Positions 1-8,366 of a stretch of 64,000 bases of DNA are shown one piece after another. The stretch covers positions 128,892-192,891 of the forward strand of contig LCBT01000003.1 of assembly GCA_000997385.1 (NCBI GenBank), given 5' to 3'. Each line of letters opens with the position of its first letter. The first letter of the stretch is position 1. The DNA comes from Candidatus Daviesbacteria bacterium GW2011_GWA1_41_61. Lineage in GTDB: Bacteria; Patescibacteriota; Microgenomatia; Daviesbacterales; UBA10151. The notes below the pieces were generated by a model. The model searched no databases. It had not been told where the DNA came from and saw only the letters and a list, made by a program, of their open reading frames with translations. The position numbers were made by a program, and so were the translations under genes.

Positions 1-348
1 ATTCTTCTCTGCGAGATATAAGGTGCAGCCTTTTCTTGCGTAATAATGATAGATACCCTGTAGCTGCTCAATGTTTTTCGATCCATCATCAGCTATAAAT
101 ATTCCCAGATCATTAGGATAATTTTGTTTTAAAATTGATTCTACGCAATCTTTTATATACCTGGGGTTCTCGTTATATGATGGTATGATTACACTTACTG
201 AAGGGTATGTAAACTCTTCTGGTAATTCTTTCCTCTTCTCTTTATCCTGGCGTCGGTGATTTGCGTGAGCGATAAGCATTTGAAATATAAAATGAGATAA
301 GCTTAATATTCCGTAAAATGTGAGTATGGCCAGCAATAGAACATGCAT
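1..348 (-). CDS. Family-2 glycosyltransferase (PgaC/IcaA/NodC-like polysaccharide synthase), N-terminal part only; the gene continues beyond the window start
   Basis: Not in the ORF track because no stop lies in the window. My own translation of the minus strand from ATG at 348 gives MHVLLLAILTFYGILS...FTYPSVSVIIPSYNENPRYIKDCVESILKQNYPNDLGIFIADDGSKN. This is an N-terminal TM helix followed by the GT2 'VIIPxYNE ... DDGS' signature. The ATG overlaps the stop of the upstream 350..2449 gene, suggesting an operon. Confidence 0.7.
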   Translation of the reverse strand, partial: MHVLLLAILTFYGILSLSHFIFQMLIAHANHRRQDKEKRKELPEEFTYPSVSVIIPSYNENPRYIKDCVESILKQNYPNDLGIFIADDGSKNIEQLQGIYHYYARKGCTLYLAEKN

Positions 349-349
349 A

Positions 350-2449
350 TTATTTCTTACGACTATTTTTAATAAAAGTGACCAACCCAAATAATAGAAA
401 TGCGAGATAGGTTGTTACCGACATCGCAAAGATAAGCGTCTGACTATTCATAAAATTAGAAACTTGCTTCAAATTAAAATTTAAGGGTTTAGGAGAATTT
501 TCTTTTTTTACCTTTGGAACAGAAACATGGTAATTATTCGCCAATACAGTGGAAGGGTTTTTCATGGAGGAGAGTAAGAGTTGTACTTCATAGTCACCAG
601 CAACCAATGAAGGCAGGATTATCCGGGCTAAACCCTCAGATCGATGGAAAAACTGTAAGTGTTTTCCATTCAAAGTTACTGATTCCACATATCTACCATT
701 CGGGAGAATGACCTGTAAATTCTGTCCTTCAGAGACAGGTCTTGATACAATAAGCTGAATTCTCTTTTCATTATCTAAGAGTACGTCGTTTTCAATGTCA
801 TTTAAAATGATCGCATCTCGCTCAAGGTAAAAATTAGCTACATCTTCTCCATAAAACCATCGGTAGTAGGTATTATTATTTTGTAGTTGGGTCAAAAAAT
901 TAGTCAATGCATCATAGGTTTTGTAAAATGCGTTCCCGTCATAAGGATTTTGTCCTGACCAAAGCTCCCAGATATGGACATGAAAGCTTGTTTCTTTCCC
1001 TAAGGAAACAAGTAAAGGACTAAAGGTAATACTTTGGTATGATTTTTTGTCTAAAATCGAAGTGAGAACTCCTTTATTGCACGGATCATCGTTTATAAGT
1101 ACCATACGATTTCCTAACGGAGTTTCGATTACGGTAGGAGAGAACTTAAATAACGGACTGTTCTCGCATACATGAGCAAGTTTTACGTTATTATCTGCTA
1201 AGACCAAAAGGCTTTCTTCAGTATACTTATACTGTGGAGCTCGGAATACTGTATGTGGTATGTTTTGACTATCTAAGATACCAATTCCTTTTTTAATGAT
1301 TGAATCGAGCCACTCTTGATTATTACTATTTGGTCCACTGAAATCAACTAACCCTGTATCAAAATGCTCAGGATTTGATGGGTCATCAGTTGGGTAGGCA
1401 TGATAGGTTCCATGCATGCCGAACCTTATATAGCCTGTATTTTTAAGACTGCTAAGTAGGTTGGTATCTAGTAGCTTGCTACGATTATCAAAAATATCAG
1501 GTACCACAACGAACGTAGTTTTAAAGTCAGGATCGAACGATTTAAGTTCTTCAAAATATTTTAATCTTTCTACAAAGTTTTCACTAAATACGCTATGAAT
1601 ATCATCAGCTTCATAGAGAAGATAAGTGTCGACACCAAATGGGTTATCTCCCTTATAGATTAGGGGTGAAGTTACTTTCTCCCCGGTTCCATATTCAAAC
1701 GGTACGATAAAGATTTCCCCACCCCCTTTGTTTAGATATTTCTTTCCCGAAGAAACGTGTTCTAATATTAGCTGAAATATGTCCTTATCCTGATCTAAGA
1801 CTATATATGCATGCGAACCGGTAAAATGGAACGCTAGACCTTTTCCCGTTTCAGAATTAATAATTGCCAATGATTGTCCAAAGAACCGGGGAGCAGACAA
1901 AGAGGTAATATCTTCCCACGCTCCTTTTATATTTGAGTAGAACTTTAGTTTTTCTTTAGGAAAATTTTTTTGATCAAATGCGGGGAGCAAAATTCTTGCT
2001 TTTGTCCATCTTCCAGATGGGGAGGCCTCAAAATCATATTTAATTTCTACAACATTCTTTTTAAGGTTATAGTCAGAAGTAAGAGTCACTATAGTTCCAT
2101 TTTCAGAAACCTTTTTCGGCACTTTTGGGCTAAGTGATTTGATCGCTAACGCTTCTTTGTCTTTTGATCCTACTTTTACTGACTGAGTTACAATTGGAGT
2201 GTTATCTTCTAAAAGTCCCTGAAACTGAAGTGGCTTCCCTTTTAAGTAGGACGTATTATTAACAGATAAGCTGTATGAATTTAAAAGGATAGTTGTTTTT
2301 ATTACGTCTTTTGTTAGTTGCACATTGGCTGTTTCGATTATACCTACCGAATGTTCAACGGCATAAGAATCAGTTGTAATTAAAATTACCCATAATATGG
2401 CTACAACTAATATTAATATTCTCTTCATTTTCATATTCATTTTTTCCAA
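350..2449 (-). CDS. Secreted or membrane-anchored polysaccharide deacetylase-like protein (CE4/NodB-PgaB-like), 699 aa, with N-terminal signal peptide and C-terminal TM helix
   Basis: ORF track. The N-terminus MKRILILVVAILWVILITTDSYA looks like a signal peptide and the C-terminus LIFAMSVTTYLAFLLFGLVTFIKNSRKK is a TM anchor. Internal motifs resemble CE4 deacetylases: YEADDIH (TFDDG-like), GMHGTYHAYP (H-S/T-x-x-H-P), and VFRAPQYKY (RxPY). It sits directly upstream of a GT2 synthase, in a PgaB/PgaC-like or NodB/NodC-like arrangement. Confidence 0.5.
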   Translation of the reverse strand: MEKMNMKMKRILILVVAILWVILITTDSYAVEHSVGIIETANVQLTKDVIKTTILLNSYSLSVNNTSYLKGKPLQFQGLLEDNTPIVTQSVKVGSKDKEALAIKSLSPKVPKKVSENGTIVTLTSDYNLKKNVVEIKYDFEASPSGRWTKARILLPAFDQKNFPKEKLKFYSNIKGAWEDITSLSAPRFFGQSLAIINSETGKGLAFHFTGSHAYIVLDQDKDIFQLILEHVSSGKKYLNKGGGEIFIVPFEYGTGEKVTSPLIYKGDNPFGVDTYLLYEADDIHSVFSENFVERLKYFEELKSFDPDFKTTFVVVPDIFDNRSKLLDTNLLSSLKNTGYIRFGMHGTYHAYPTDDPSNPEHFDTGLVDFSGPNSNNQEWLDSIIKKGIGILDSQNIPHTVFRAPQYKYTEESLLVLADNNVKLAHVCENSPLFKFSPTVIETPLGNRMVLINDDPCNKGVLTSILDKKSYQSITFSPLLVSLGKETSFHVHIWELWSGQNPYDGNAFYKTYDALTNFLTQLQNNNTYYRWFYGEDVANFYLERDAIILNDIENDVLLDNEKRIQLIVSRPVSEGQNLQVILPNGRYVESVTLNGKHLQFFHRSEGLARIILPSLVAGDYEVQLLLSSMKNPSTVLANNYHVSVPKVKKENSPKPLNFNLKQVSNFMNSQTLIFAMSVTTYLAFLLFGLVTFIKNSRKK

Positions 2450-2456
2450 TCAAAAA

Positions 2457-2502
2457 CCCGACCATAGCAGTGTAGTTTTATAACCCTCCGTTTGTGGTCG
2501 GG
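2457..2502. promoter_or_regulatory. Imperfect hairpin (8-bp arms CCCGACCA/TGGTCGGG with a roughly 30-nt loop) followed by a T-run, in the divergent intergenic region between the deacetylase-like gene and the XRE gene
   Basis: Seen directly in the sequence: cccgacca...tggtcggg then cagttttatttat. It is not a canonical terminator because of the large loop, and its function is unknown. Confidence 0.25.
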
Positions 2503-2522
2503 CAGTTTTATTTATGAAGCTA

Positions 2523-2543
2523 TTGTAGCACAAAATGCTACAA
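2523..2543. promoter_or_regulatory. Perfect palindrome TTGTAGCA-caaaa-TGCTACAA, a candidate operator for the adjacent XRE-family regulator
   Basis: Seen directly, about 58 nt upstream of the XRE start at 2601. XRE/Cro-type dimers typically bind 8-bp half-sites with short spacers. Confidence 0.35.
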
Positions 2544-2600
2544 GCAGAAGCTGGTCTGTCAGTCCCTTTTTACCTAACCTAAGTCACAGGTGGTAAAAAG

Positions 2601-2819
2601 ATGTCAGTATCTTCAATTCATGTAAAATTTGGTAAAAGGGTACAAGAGCTTCGAAAGCAAAAAGGACTAACCCAAGAAGATCTAGCAGACCTTGTAAGTG
2701 TTGACAGAAGCTATATGGGTTTTGTTGAGAGAGGGGAGCGAAATCCAACACTTGATAAGCTCGTAAAAATTGCTAAAGCACTTAAAATTACACTATCCGA
2801 ACTATTTCAGGGTGTGTAG
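2601..2819 (+). CDS. XRE-family helix-turn-helix transcriptional regulator (Cro/cI-type), 72 aa
   Basis: ORF track. KQKGLTQEDLADLVSVDRSYMGFVERGERNPTLDKLVKIAKAL is a canonical HTH_3/XRE signature. Confidence 0.85.
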   Translation: MSVSSIHVKFGKRVQELRKQKGLTQEDLADLVSVDRSYMGFVERGERNPTLDKLVKIAKALKITLSELFQGV

Positions 2820-2891
2820 TTTACCCGAAATGTCGTACCTGTTCAAATCTATTCTTTACTTTACTGAGAATTATTAGTATTCTTCAGCTAA

Positions 2892-3941
2892 ATGGCTAAG
2901 GCAGATCGTTTAAAATTAATAGCTTCCTTAGAGAAAGCAAGAGGTTCTAAGGTTATTTCTTATATTGGAGCAACAAGACAAGGGATCGGGTATGAAATGT
3001 CGCAATTAGATATAAGGATAATTTACGATCATCTTTACCAAATAAAAAAGAAGGAAAAAATTGATTTGCTGATCAATAGTTTTGGTGGAGATGTTACCTT
3101 TGCTTGGAGATTAGTTCATCTAATTAGGGAATTTTCGAGCGAGTTTAATGTTTTAATTCCGCTTCATGCTTTTAGTGCTGCTACCCTTATAGCCCTTGGG
3201 GCAGATTCCATAGTTATGCTTCCTGGATCATGTTTAGGTCCAACCGATCCACAGTCACGTAATGTATTTAACCCCTCAGAAGGTGCAAGTAAATTGCCTA
3301 TTCAAGTAGAAGATATTGCTTCTTACATAAATTTTCTAAAAGAGGATTTTGGTTTAAAAAGTGAATCTAGCTTCGTTGAATCTCTCAAGTTACTTTCACA
3401 GTCCGACAACAGGATACACCCCTTAGCTCTTGGTGCTTCTAAAAGGGGATCCCAATTAGCAAGACGGTATGCTCAAGATTTATTAGGTCTTCATATGAAG
3501 AAAAATAGCGATAAAGAAAAGATCACAAAGATAGTCGAAATGTTTAGTTCTAAACTTCTTGCACACGATCATCCAATAAATAGGGATGAGGCAGGGAAAT
3601 ATGGTTTAAAGATAAAGAAAGAGAAGCCAGAAATAGAAGGTTTAATTTGGGAACTATTTAATAAATATGAGGTTGAATTACAACTTGATGAGTTCTTTAG
3701 TCCAATAACAGAGTTTAAGAAAGTACAACCAAACATTCCACTCTCTCTAGGTAATCAATTACAACCAAAAGTAGAAGAAATATCTGTAGAATTAGCTGTT
3801 ATTGAGAGTGTTGAATATACTGATGTGAACAGTCAAGTCTTACAGGTGCAAGGATTAAAATTTCTTGATGGTTCTGGTAATATTAACGAGAATTATAGTT
3901 GGATTACCAAAAAGCAGGATTGGGAAAGACAAACAACTTAG
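2892..3941 (+). CDS. ClpP/crotonase-fold serine peptidase of the SDH ('serine dehydrogenase proteinase', S49-like) type
   Basis: ORF track. LLINSFGGDVTFAWRLV ... PLHAFSAATLIALGADSIVMLPGSCLGPTDPQ parallels the ClpP/SppA 'INSPGG ... AAS(M)G ... MIHQP' core, with the catalytic Ser in the SAAT context. The local sequence looks more AT-rich (AGA/ATA/TTA codons) than core genes, judged by eye. Confidence 0.55.
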   Translation: MAKADRLKLIASLEKARGSKVISYIGATRQGIGYEMSQLDIRIIYDHLYQIKKKEKIDLLINSFGGDVTFAWRLVHLIREFSSEFNVLIPLHAFSAATLIALGADSIVMLPGSCLGPTDPQSRNVFNPSEGASKLPIQVEDIASYINFLKEDFGLKSESSFVESLKLLSQSDNRIHPLALGASKRGSQLARRYAQDLLGLHMKKNSDKEKITKIVEMFSSKLLAHDHPINRDEAGKYGLKIKKEKPEIEGLIWELFNKYEVELQLDEFFSPITEFKKVQPNIPLSLGNQLQPKVEEISVELAVIESVEYTDVNSQVLQVQGLKFLDGSGNINENYSWITKKQDWERQTT

Positions 3942-4270
3942 ACCATTACAATTTTGTTACTAAAGTGTCATACTATTTTAGTAGACATTTGATATTAATT
4001 ATTTATGTTATTTTCTAAACTCTTTACTGGTCAGCAGAATAGTCAACCTTTGAATCCTTCTACTAAAGTTCAGGCTAGAACAATACATTTGTCTGCCAGT
4101 CAGCTTAAGAAAAAGAAACCGCTTAATACGAAAAAATTATTCACTTCTCTTGGAGAAGTTTCCTTTAAGTCTGCTTTAAACACCTATAGCATTCCCAAAA
4201 CAGAATGATAATACTATGGGTATGGTATGCTGAGTAAGTAACCCATCCTATCCAATTAACATCAGATGAG

Positions 4271-4816
4271 TTGGAGCTTGTAATCCAGCATTATCGTAAA
4301 CCTTTAAGTGAAGATATACGTTTAAGATCCCACTCTGTAATTCTTGTCAGTAAAGGGTATACTTTTGGAGAGATAGCAGAGATTTTACTCACCAGCGAAC
4401 AAACAGTTTACCGGTGGATTAAGGCATTCCAGAAAGAACGCATTGCCTCCTTGTTCCCCAAATACCTTAACAATCAGCATGCAGCGAAACTGACCAGGGA
4501 ACAAAAAGAGGAAATTGGGAGCATCCTTAAACAGCCACCCTCAGATTATGGCATCCCAAGTAAGTTCTGGGACATCTCATCCCTCAAAACATATATCAAA
4601 GCAGAATTTGGAGTTGAATATGAATCAGATGAATCCTACAGACTGATATTTTTATTGCATAACTACTCATTCCATCTTCCTGGTACTTTTGACATACATA
4701 GAAATGAACAACTGGTGGAAAAAAGAATTACTGAGATAAAATCAGAAATACAGCCATTTATGGAAACATGGAAAGTTCTGATTGGCTGGTATTTGCCTCA
4801 GATGAGTGCCGGATAG
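4271..4816 (+). pseudogene. IS630/Tc1-mariner family transposase, N-terminal DNA-binding (paired-like HTH) portion only; the DDE catalytic domain is absent, so this is an IS remnant
   Basis: ORF track, TTG start. LSEDIRLRSHSVILVSKGYTFGEIAEILLTSEQTVYRWIKAF ... GIPSKFWDISSLKTYIKAEFGVEYESDESYRLI matches the two HTH modules of IS630 OrfA/transposases. The ORF stops after 181 aa where the DDE domain should begin. No downstream ORF carries a DDE motif. Confidence 0.55.
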
Positions 4817-5028
4817 TCTGGGAATACCGGTGGTGATGGTGTAAGGTATGGTGGCAGCAGAAACTGGAGGTGGGAAAAAGAAGACAAGAGAAAAAACCAG
4901 CAGTAAGGATAATCCAGCAATCCACTTTATCATCTAATTGGAGTTTATGACAAGGAATGACTAGATTACAAGTAGTGATATTAAAAACTGACTAGCAAGG
5001 ACTTGCCAATTGTGGTATATTCTAATTT

Positions 5029-5436
5029 ATGGATGAGAAAAAGAATAAAAGAATCTTAATTGTTGAAGATGACCAGTTCCTCCGGGATTTTTATCAGGAA
5101 CTTTTAACCTCTGAAGGCTACAGTGTAGATGTGGCAGCTGATGGGGAAGTGGCTCTGCAAAAGATTGTCCAGGGAGGCTGGAGCTTAATTTTACTGGATA
5201 TTATGCTGCCTAAAAAAGACGGACTGCAAATTCTGCGTGACTTAAAGATTCAATCAGTGGCTCAACCTAACGGGCCTATTGTAGCTTTGACTAACTTAGG
5301 CCATGATGCGGTGATTGATCAGGCTTTTGATCTGGGAGCTAACGGCTATCTCATTAAATCAGCCATGAATCCTGATGAAGTTTTAATTGAAATTAACAGC
5401 TACCTTCAAAAGAATGGCACTAAAGCTACTTCTTAA
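5029..5436 (+). CDS. Single-domain response regulator (CheY-like receiver)
   Basis: ORF track. RILIVEDDQFLRDFYQELLTSEGYSVDVAADGEVAL...LILLDIMLPKKDGLQIL shows the receiver-domain D-D-K pattern. There is no output domain. Confidence 0.85.
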   Translation: MDEKKNKRILIVEDDQFLRDFYQELLTSEGYSVDVAADGEVALQKIVQGGWSLILLDIMLPKKDGLQILRDLKIQSVAQPNGPIVALTNLGHDAVIDQAFDLGANGYLIKSAMNPDEVLIEINSYLQKNGTKATS

Positions 5437-6193
5437 AGTTGTTTGGGAAGACAACTCTCTAGCAGTTTTTGATAAACCTCCCGGATTGGTAGTAACTACT
5501 TCAGAGACCCACCAGGAACCTACTTTGGAGGATATTTTAGTCTCGCAAGGCTCAACCCTGGAGCGTGGCGGAATTGTCCACCGTTTGGATAAAGATACTT
5601 CCGGGCTTATCTTGGTAGCTAAAAGATCGGAAGTTTTTGAAAACCTTCAATCTCAATTTAAAGAGCGGACTGTTTCCAAACAGTATCTGGCTTTGGTTCA
5701 CGGGCGGGTAGAAAAAGGAGGCAGGGTTGAAGCTCCTATTATCAGAAACCCCGGAGACAGGGAGAAGTTTGTGGTGGTTGAGGGATCAGGTATTGAAGGT
5801 CGGGAAGCTGTAACTGAGTATAAACCGGAAAAATTATTGGTTATGAGTGATGAGATATTAGAAAAGATCTTTGAAGGCTTTACCAAAATTCAATTCAAAA
5901 AACTGCAAACTGCAAACTATAAACTATTTACCCTTTTAAAGTGTAAACCCCTGACTGGACGGACCCATCAAATTAGGGTACATTTAAAGTACTTAGGGTT
6001 TCCCATTGTTGCTGACAGCAAGTATGGAGGGAGAAAGACTGTCAGGTTGGATCATCGATGGTGTCCCAGACAATTCTTGCATGCCTCTGTTTTGGAGTTT
6101 AACCATCCTCAGACAGGGGAGAGAATAAGACTGGAAAGCAAGTTACCAGAAGACTTAGAGAAAGTGTTGAGTTGTTTAGAGAAAGTTAAGTAA
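5414..6193 (+). CDS. RluA-family 23S rRNA/tRNA pseudouridine synthase
   Basis: ORF track (5387..6193). HRLDKDTSGLILVAKR is the catalytic-Asp motif, and GRTHQIRVHL is the conserved C-terminal motif. The likely true start is the internal Met (MALKLLLKVVWEDNSLAVFDKP) at 5414, which reduces the overlap with the receiver gene. Confidence 0.85.
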   Translation: MALKLLLKVVWEDNSLAVFDKPPGLVVTTSETHQEPTLEDILVSQGSTLERGGIVHRLDKDTSGLILVAKRSEVFENLQSQFKERTVSKQYLALVHGRVEKGGRVEAPIIRNPGDREKFVVVEGSGIEGREAVTEYKPEKLLVMSDEILEKIFEGFTKIQFKKLQTANYKLFTLLKCKPLTGRTHQIRVHLKYLGFPIVADSKYGGRKTVRLDHRWCPRQFLHASVLEFNHPQTGERIRLESKLPEDLEKVLSCLEKVK

Positions 6194-6290
6194 AAAATTA
6201 CTATATAGCAGAAGAAAGATATGTGGTGGACAATTCGGTAGTAGGACTATTGTTAAAAAGGGGGTATGTGCCGAATTAGTCCAAATATAT

Positions 6291-8009
6291 ATGGAGGGGA
6301 CAAATTCTTTATTTTTACAACTGGCTGTAGTCTTGGGGCTTTCAGCTGCCTTGGGCTTTATAGTCAGATCATTCCGCCTGCCTCTTTTGGTATCTTATCT
6401 GGTGGCTGGACTGCTTTTATCCCTGTTTCAAGTTTTTGATATCTCCCACTCTGAAGTTTTAACTTTTATGCCGGAGATCGGCATTGCTTTGGTACTGTTT
6501 TTTGTGGGCATGGAGCTGGATATGAAGGAGATTAAAAATTTAGGGAAACCGATTATTGCTGCCGGGCTGGGCCAAATTATCTTTTCCACCATGGCTGGTT
6601 TTGTTATAGCCCAAGCTTTAGGGTTTTCGGAAGGGGAAAGCTTTTACCTTGGAGCAGGTTTAGCTTTCTCTTCCACTATAGTGGTGGTTAAACTTCTGCT
6701 GGAGAAAAAAGATTTAAGTTCACTTTATGGTAAATTAGGTGTGGGGATTTTACTGCTTGAGGACTTGGTGGCAGTTATTTTATTGATGGTGATGACGGTG
6801 GGCAGCTCTTTTTTGGATAGCGGACTGCAAAGTAACTTTCCGCTGGTTGCTTTATTTATTAAAGGCGCAATATTGATGGTTTTGGCTTTTGGCCTGGCCA
6901 AATATGTTTTAGAAACAGTTTTTACGGCAGTAGCCAGATCAGCGGAACTTCTCTTTCTCTCTGCCGTAGCTTGGTGCTTTGTCTTTGTGGCTGCCTCACT
7001 TCTTTTGGGATTTTCCGTAGTCATCGGCGCCTTTTTGGCAGGGATCGCTTTGGCTAACTCGCCTTTTCACTTCGAAATCCAGGGGAAGGTTAAACCGCTC
7101 AGGGATTTCTTTGTAACTCTCTTTTTTGTTTACCTGGGATCACAGGTGGTTTTCCAGCATCTTGGATCAGTGCTGCCTTTAATCCTTATTTTTACCGTTT
7201 ATGCTTTAGTAATCAAACCCACCATTTTTTTGCTGATTTTAGGTTTGTTTGGGTTTAGGAAACATACCATCTTTAATACCGCTATTGGCCTGTCTCAGGT
7301 ATCGGAATTTTCCTTAATTGTGATGGTTGTGGGATTTAATTTAGGGATCGTTTCCCAGGCAGCCTTAACTGCCATGGCTTTAACCGGAGTCATCTCGATT
7401 ATTGCTTCCTCGATTATGATTACTTACTCAAAAATTATTTATAAAAAGATAGTTCCGGTGGTGAGTTTTTTTGAGCGTGGGGGATTTGTGCATCAACTTG
7501 AAAGTGTTTTGGGAGACGTAAGTTTAGAAAACCATGTTATTTTAATCGGAGCCCACCGGATGGGAGGAGAGGTTATTAAATTTTTAAAGAGAGAGAAGAT
7601 CCCCTTTTTAGTGTTGGATTTTAATCCGCGGGTGATCAAAAAGCTAATAGAGGAAAAGGTTCATGCTTTGTATGGAGATTTGGGAGATCCGGAGATTTTG
7701 GATTTTTTAAATCTGGAAAATAGTAAACTGATTATTTCTACTGCTGCCGATATTGATGACAACTTGATGTTACTTTCTGAACTGAAAAGAAGGAAGGCCA
7801 AGGCCATTACTATTTTGCGGGCTTCTTCACCGGATGAGGCTGAAAGCCTGTATAAGTTAGGTGCGGATTATGTCATCTTGCCGGAGGTAGTCTCCGGTGA
7901 CTTTGTAGCCCAGGTTTTAAAAGACCACTGGCCGGAAATGAAATTCTTCAAAGACCGTTCCGAGATAGAGCTGAACAAATTATCCCGTAACCACCTCGCT
8001 TTTGAGTAA
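6291..8009 (+). CDS. Monovalent cation:proton antiporter (CPA2, Kef-type) with C-terminal RCK/TrkA-N regulatory domain
   Basis: ORF track. About 12 TM helices are followed by ILIGAHRMGGEVIKFLKREKIPFLVLDFNPRVIKKL...YGDLGDPEIL, a Rossmann GxGxxG RCK domain. Confidence 0.85.
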   Translation: MEGTNSLFLQLAVVLGLSAALGFIVRSFRLPLLVSYLVAGLLLSLFQVFDISHSEVLTFMPEIGIALVLFFVGMELDMKEIKNLGKPIIAAGLGQIIFSTMAGFVIAQALGFSEGESFYLGAGLAFSSTIVVVKLLLEKKDLSSLYGKLGVGILLLEDLVAVILLMVMTVGSSFLDSGLQSNFPLVALFIKGAILMVLAFGLAKYVLETVFTAVARSAELLFLSAVAWCFVFVAASLLLGFSVVIGAFLAGIALANSPFHFEIQGKVKPLRDFFVTLFFVYLGSQVVFQHLGSVLPLILIFTVYALVIKPTIFLLILGLFGFRKHTIFNTAIGLSQVSEFSLIVMVVGFNLGIVSQAALTAMALTGVISIIASSIMITYSKIIYKKIVPVVSFFERGGFVHQLESVLGDVSLENHVILIGAHRMGGEVIKFLKREKIPFLVLDFNPRVIKKLIEEKVHALYGDLGDPEILDFLNLENSKLIISTAADIDDNLMLLSELKRRKAKAITILRASSPDEAESLYKLGADYVILPEVVSGDFVAQVLKDHWPEMKFFKDRSEIELNKLSRNHLAFE

Positions 8010-8366
8010 TCTATACCCCTTGATTTAAGATCAGATTTTGCCTAAACTAAAGTTGTGGGGAATATTAAGAAGATCCTTTTTGTTAGTGTTACAGCCATAG
8101 CCGGGTTACTTTTAACCTTAGCTGGCTTAAACTTAATTGAGTTATCTTCTAGTTTAATCTTATACTCTGGCTTGGGGTTATTATCGTTATCAGTAATAAT
8201 TTATTTTTTAAATTAGGTAGTCTGCGTTAAAGCTATGGTGAACCAAGGAGGTGAAAAATAGTGGGAAGTAGTGGTTTTTTTAAGGGGGAGAAGAAAAAAA
8301 GGAAAAAAGGCCAGGAAGGGAGCAGCTCTTCTGGTCTTGCACCGGCTTTTGTTCCTCCCCAAATAA

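Noticed and set aside
514-711. A 65-aa plus-strand ORF inside the 699-aa deacetylase-like gene
   Set aside because: It is fully embedded antisense in a long, well-supported CDS and has no motifs.
4005-4208. A 67-aa ORF between the SDH peptidase and the IS630 remnant
   Set aside because: Its composition is low-complexity (K/S/T-rich), it has no SD and no motif. It could be a remnant, and it is not supportable as a gene from sequence alone.
4742-4933. A 63-aa minus-strand ORF overlapping the 3' end of the IS630 fragment
   Set aside because: It is antisense to the transposase remnant. The hydrophobic N-terminus likely arises from the complementary strand, and there is no independent support.
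5698-5886. An antisense 62-aa ORF within rluA
   Set aside because: It is embedded in a confident CDS on the other strand.
6725-7024. An antisense 99-aa ORF within the CPA2 antiporter gene
   Set aside because: It is embedded antisense. Its composition mirrors the complementary membrane-protein codons.
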